A stretch of DNA of 64,000 nucleotides from Tubulanus polymorphus (Eukaryota; Animalia; Nemertea), in contig NC_134034.1 of assembly GCF_964204645.1 (NCBI RefSeq), positions 4,934,914 through 4,998,913 of the forward strand, written 5' to 3'. The notes below the pieces were generated by a model, which saw nothing but the letters and a program-made list of their open reading frames with translations, did not search any database and was not told where the DNA came from. The translations under genes and the position numbers were made by a program. This document shows, in pieces, positions 61,701 through 64,000 of the stretch. How positions within the stretch are numbered: the stretch's first letter is position 1; each line of letters begins with the position of its first letter.

Positions 61701-64000
61701 TAGTCAGTCCCATGTGAGCCTTAGTAATGAATAAGCGTATGTTGAGTATTACTGTATGTTTGACATTGTCGCCTGTGGGAGTTGTATACGAAAAGGAATT
61801 GGGTATTTTGGCCCTGGAGTTCCAATCTGTTTGAACAGAATGGCCAACAAGAAACTTACGGTATCCACGGCAGCCATATTTGACATCAGATAACTACCAT
61901 TTTAATACTGGTGGACCTCTCATCCGCCATAACTCACAAAGGTTCAAGAATATCTCATTAGATTAAGGCTATAGCCTGAACAGGCCTATATCCCATCATA
62001 CCCCAACCCAGCCTGACCTTGGGTTAACCACCAAGGAGACATAAATGGGTCCTGAAGTCAGTCAAATTGGACCTAGAGCTTTGGAACTGTACCCAGAACT
62101 GTTTAACTCAATGCCCCTTAGCCTGATGAAGATGTTTTAATTACATGTACGTATACTAAATTTTCCTAATTCCCCTCAATATACATGTAATTGATCCAGT
62201 GCCTATCTCACTCCAACAGTAATTAGTAACCTAAACATCTCCTTACCAATGAAATCAACATCATCTTCCTCTTCATCTTCAGAAGATGATTCAACCGTTT
62301 CCACGACGAGGACATCTTCGATTGATAATTTGTCTCGCAACTGATGGTGAAGTCCTTTCAATTGTTCCTTCCTCTGAAAGCATTAAAACTTCAAATTCAC
62401 ACTACTCTACACAGGGTTCATTGTGTCACTGCTGACAAAAATTCACTGCTATTCACTGCCAATGAAAAGTCAAATTCACTGCCATTTGGCTACCTAGTAA
62501 AGACATGTTACCAAAAGACCAAGGATAGAGCCAAAACAAATCATATCATCTAATCGAACCACCAGATAGGTGTAGGGTACTTTTCATGTGAGACTTCAAA
62601 GCTCCCAAACCACCGGCTCCAAGTTCGTTCGATTTCATCCAAATTCTACATCTAAACTTATGAATACAATTCGGAACACATTCAATCCAGCTACGGTACC
62701 CCGGATGATGAAGCCACGAATCTTGAAATGTACATTTTTCCACAGTGTAACGGGCCAGAGATTTTTTGAAAATCCGAACGCAAACCACCGCCATTTGCAA
62801 TTTTGTGAAACCGGTGCCTGGACCTGGTAGCCATGGCAACCATGAAAATGAAAACTCGTGAATAAAATTGAATTGAATTGGTTGGCACGTCGATGGTCAC
62901 AACACCAATGAATAAAATGAAATTGAATTGCTGTTGGCATGAAATGGTCGGTATATTTTTTTGTTCGAAACTCAACGAAATTTCTCGTGACATTTTAAAA
63001 TTGCCAATCTCAGACAAAATTGAACACATTTCCGAATTCACTGCCCCCTTTCCCATTTCCACTGCCTTTCTAAAAAATTCACTGCTATTAACAGCCGTGA
63101 ATAGATTTTTTTCAATTCGCTGCTATTCACTGCTTTCACTGCCCGCGACAAACCCTGTCTACAACTTAGGAATTGACTCGATTGTTATGAATGCCTGCCC
63201 AAGTCGACAATGCCATGTACCTGCCTCAACAAGTATTTGAACTTGATGACATCACGAGACCCTGTCACATCCCTTCCCCCTTGACAGGGCTTGGAACCTG
63301 ATGGCATAATGAGATTGTGCCAAGTTCCTCCATTGGCAGGCATTTCATTTCAATCGGATAGCATTTGAAACTGCAACATTCCTCCATCAAATGATTGGAT
63401 AATGATAGCAATCAGAAGACCTGCCATAGTACGAAACCCTGCCCCAGAAGACCCATGAGGCAGAATAATGCAAATGACAACATACCTTCTCATTCGCTAC
63501 TGAACTTTTAAATTCTATTATTCTTTCCTGTTCTTCACAGTTTTTGTCAATATCTGATCGTTCTTGCCTGGAAAACAAAAATTTTATTTAATGTAACTTT
63601 TATTTAGTATTTTACTTACTTTGAGTCTTCACTTAAAGCCCAAGTGAAAAACTTACATGTGAGTGAAATAACTTAAAGATTTTGATTTTGACGCATCCAA
63701 TAATCTTCGAAAAAAAGCTTGGTGCTGTGATCTGAAATGCAATTAAGAAGCAAAAATAACAGGGTTTCTGCATAGTTGCATTCTTCTCATTCAAACTGAA
63801 TAACAGAATAATATAATTCAGAAAGAACTTTCATCGTCTGGCATTCGAACCTGATATGACTTCAACATATCATATGCCCCCAAACACTACTTCAAAATCA
63901 TACTCAGAGTGCGATCAGAACTTACTCTATTTTCGTTCCATGTAAAAAAGCGGAAGATGTTTTGAGCTCCTTGATCTCATCATCATCATCAACATCATCA
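55780..64000 (-). CDS. SENP1: SENP1/2-like SUMO protease (Ulp1/C48), 3' part. Exons >64000-63926, 63731-63657, 63567-63486, 62373-62247, 61112-60970, 60318-60112, 60014-59935, 58451-58373, 56023-55928, 55845-55780
   Basis: All introns are GT-AG with consistent phases. The spliced product reads [11 protein letters not shown]|[62 protein letters not shown], with the His-Asp-Cys triad intact. Exact orthology is not resolved. Confidence 0.93.
62412..63157 (-). mobile_element. Non-autonomous hAT-type element with 6-bp TSD in a SENP intron
   Basis: cagggtt...aaccctg ends; tctaca on both flanks; subterminal ttcactgc repeats; remnant zinc finger KCTFQDSW...FRCRI...[12 protein letters not shown]. Confidence 0.75.

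Noticed and set aside
55780-64000. Ulp1 protease as transposon cargo
   Set aside because: Ten phase-consistent exons with long introns and strong SENP1/2-like motifs indicate an ordinary host gene.

Overview
AT-rich, intron-containing animal DNA, most likely a marine invertebrate (IL-17, SENP and pannexin/LRRC8-like genes; hAT, Sola, Harbinger, Helentron, BEL and Gypsy elements). The first ~32 kb is a transposon nest. An older 5'-truncated hAT-type element (O, ~1870-31763) carries in its 3' subterminal region two copies of a related family: A (5317-24085) and B (24256-31693). Both have TAGGGTTTTCA TIRs and distinct 7-bp TSDs, so they are hATw-like. Copy A is further interrupted by a Helentron-type HINE and by a Sola1 element that contains a Harbinger, which in turn contains MITEs. 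The main finding is that copies A and B carry, downstream of a transposase ending in a Spin/Ssty Tudor-like domain, a TatD nuclease gene bracketed by two same-strand type III hammerhead ribozymes. Double cleavage would release a ~1.2-kb TatD RNA whose ligated junction re-forms a hammerhead, i.e. a retrozyme-like, potentially circular coding RNA inside a DNA transposon. The downstream-type hammerhead and a second, unidentified structured motif are also present in the diverged element O. The remaining window holds a pannexin/LRRC8-like gene, an IL-17 gene, a decayed BEL/Pao element interrupted by an env-bearing Gypsy-like element with non-canonical TT...AA LTR ends, and the last 10 exons of a SENP1/2-like SUMO protease gene. 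All calls were made by eye with no database searches; family names come from recalled motif knowledge, and ribozyme activity is predicted, not shown.
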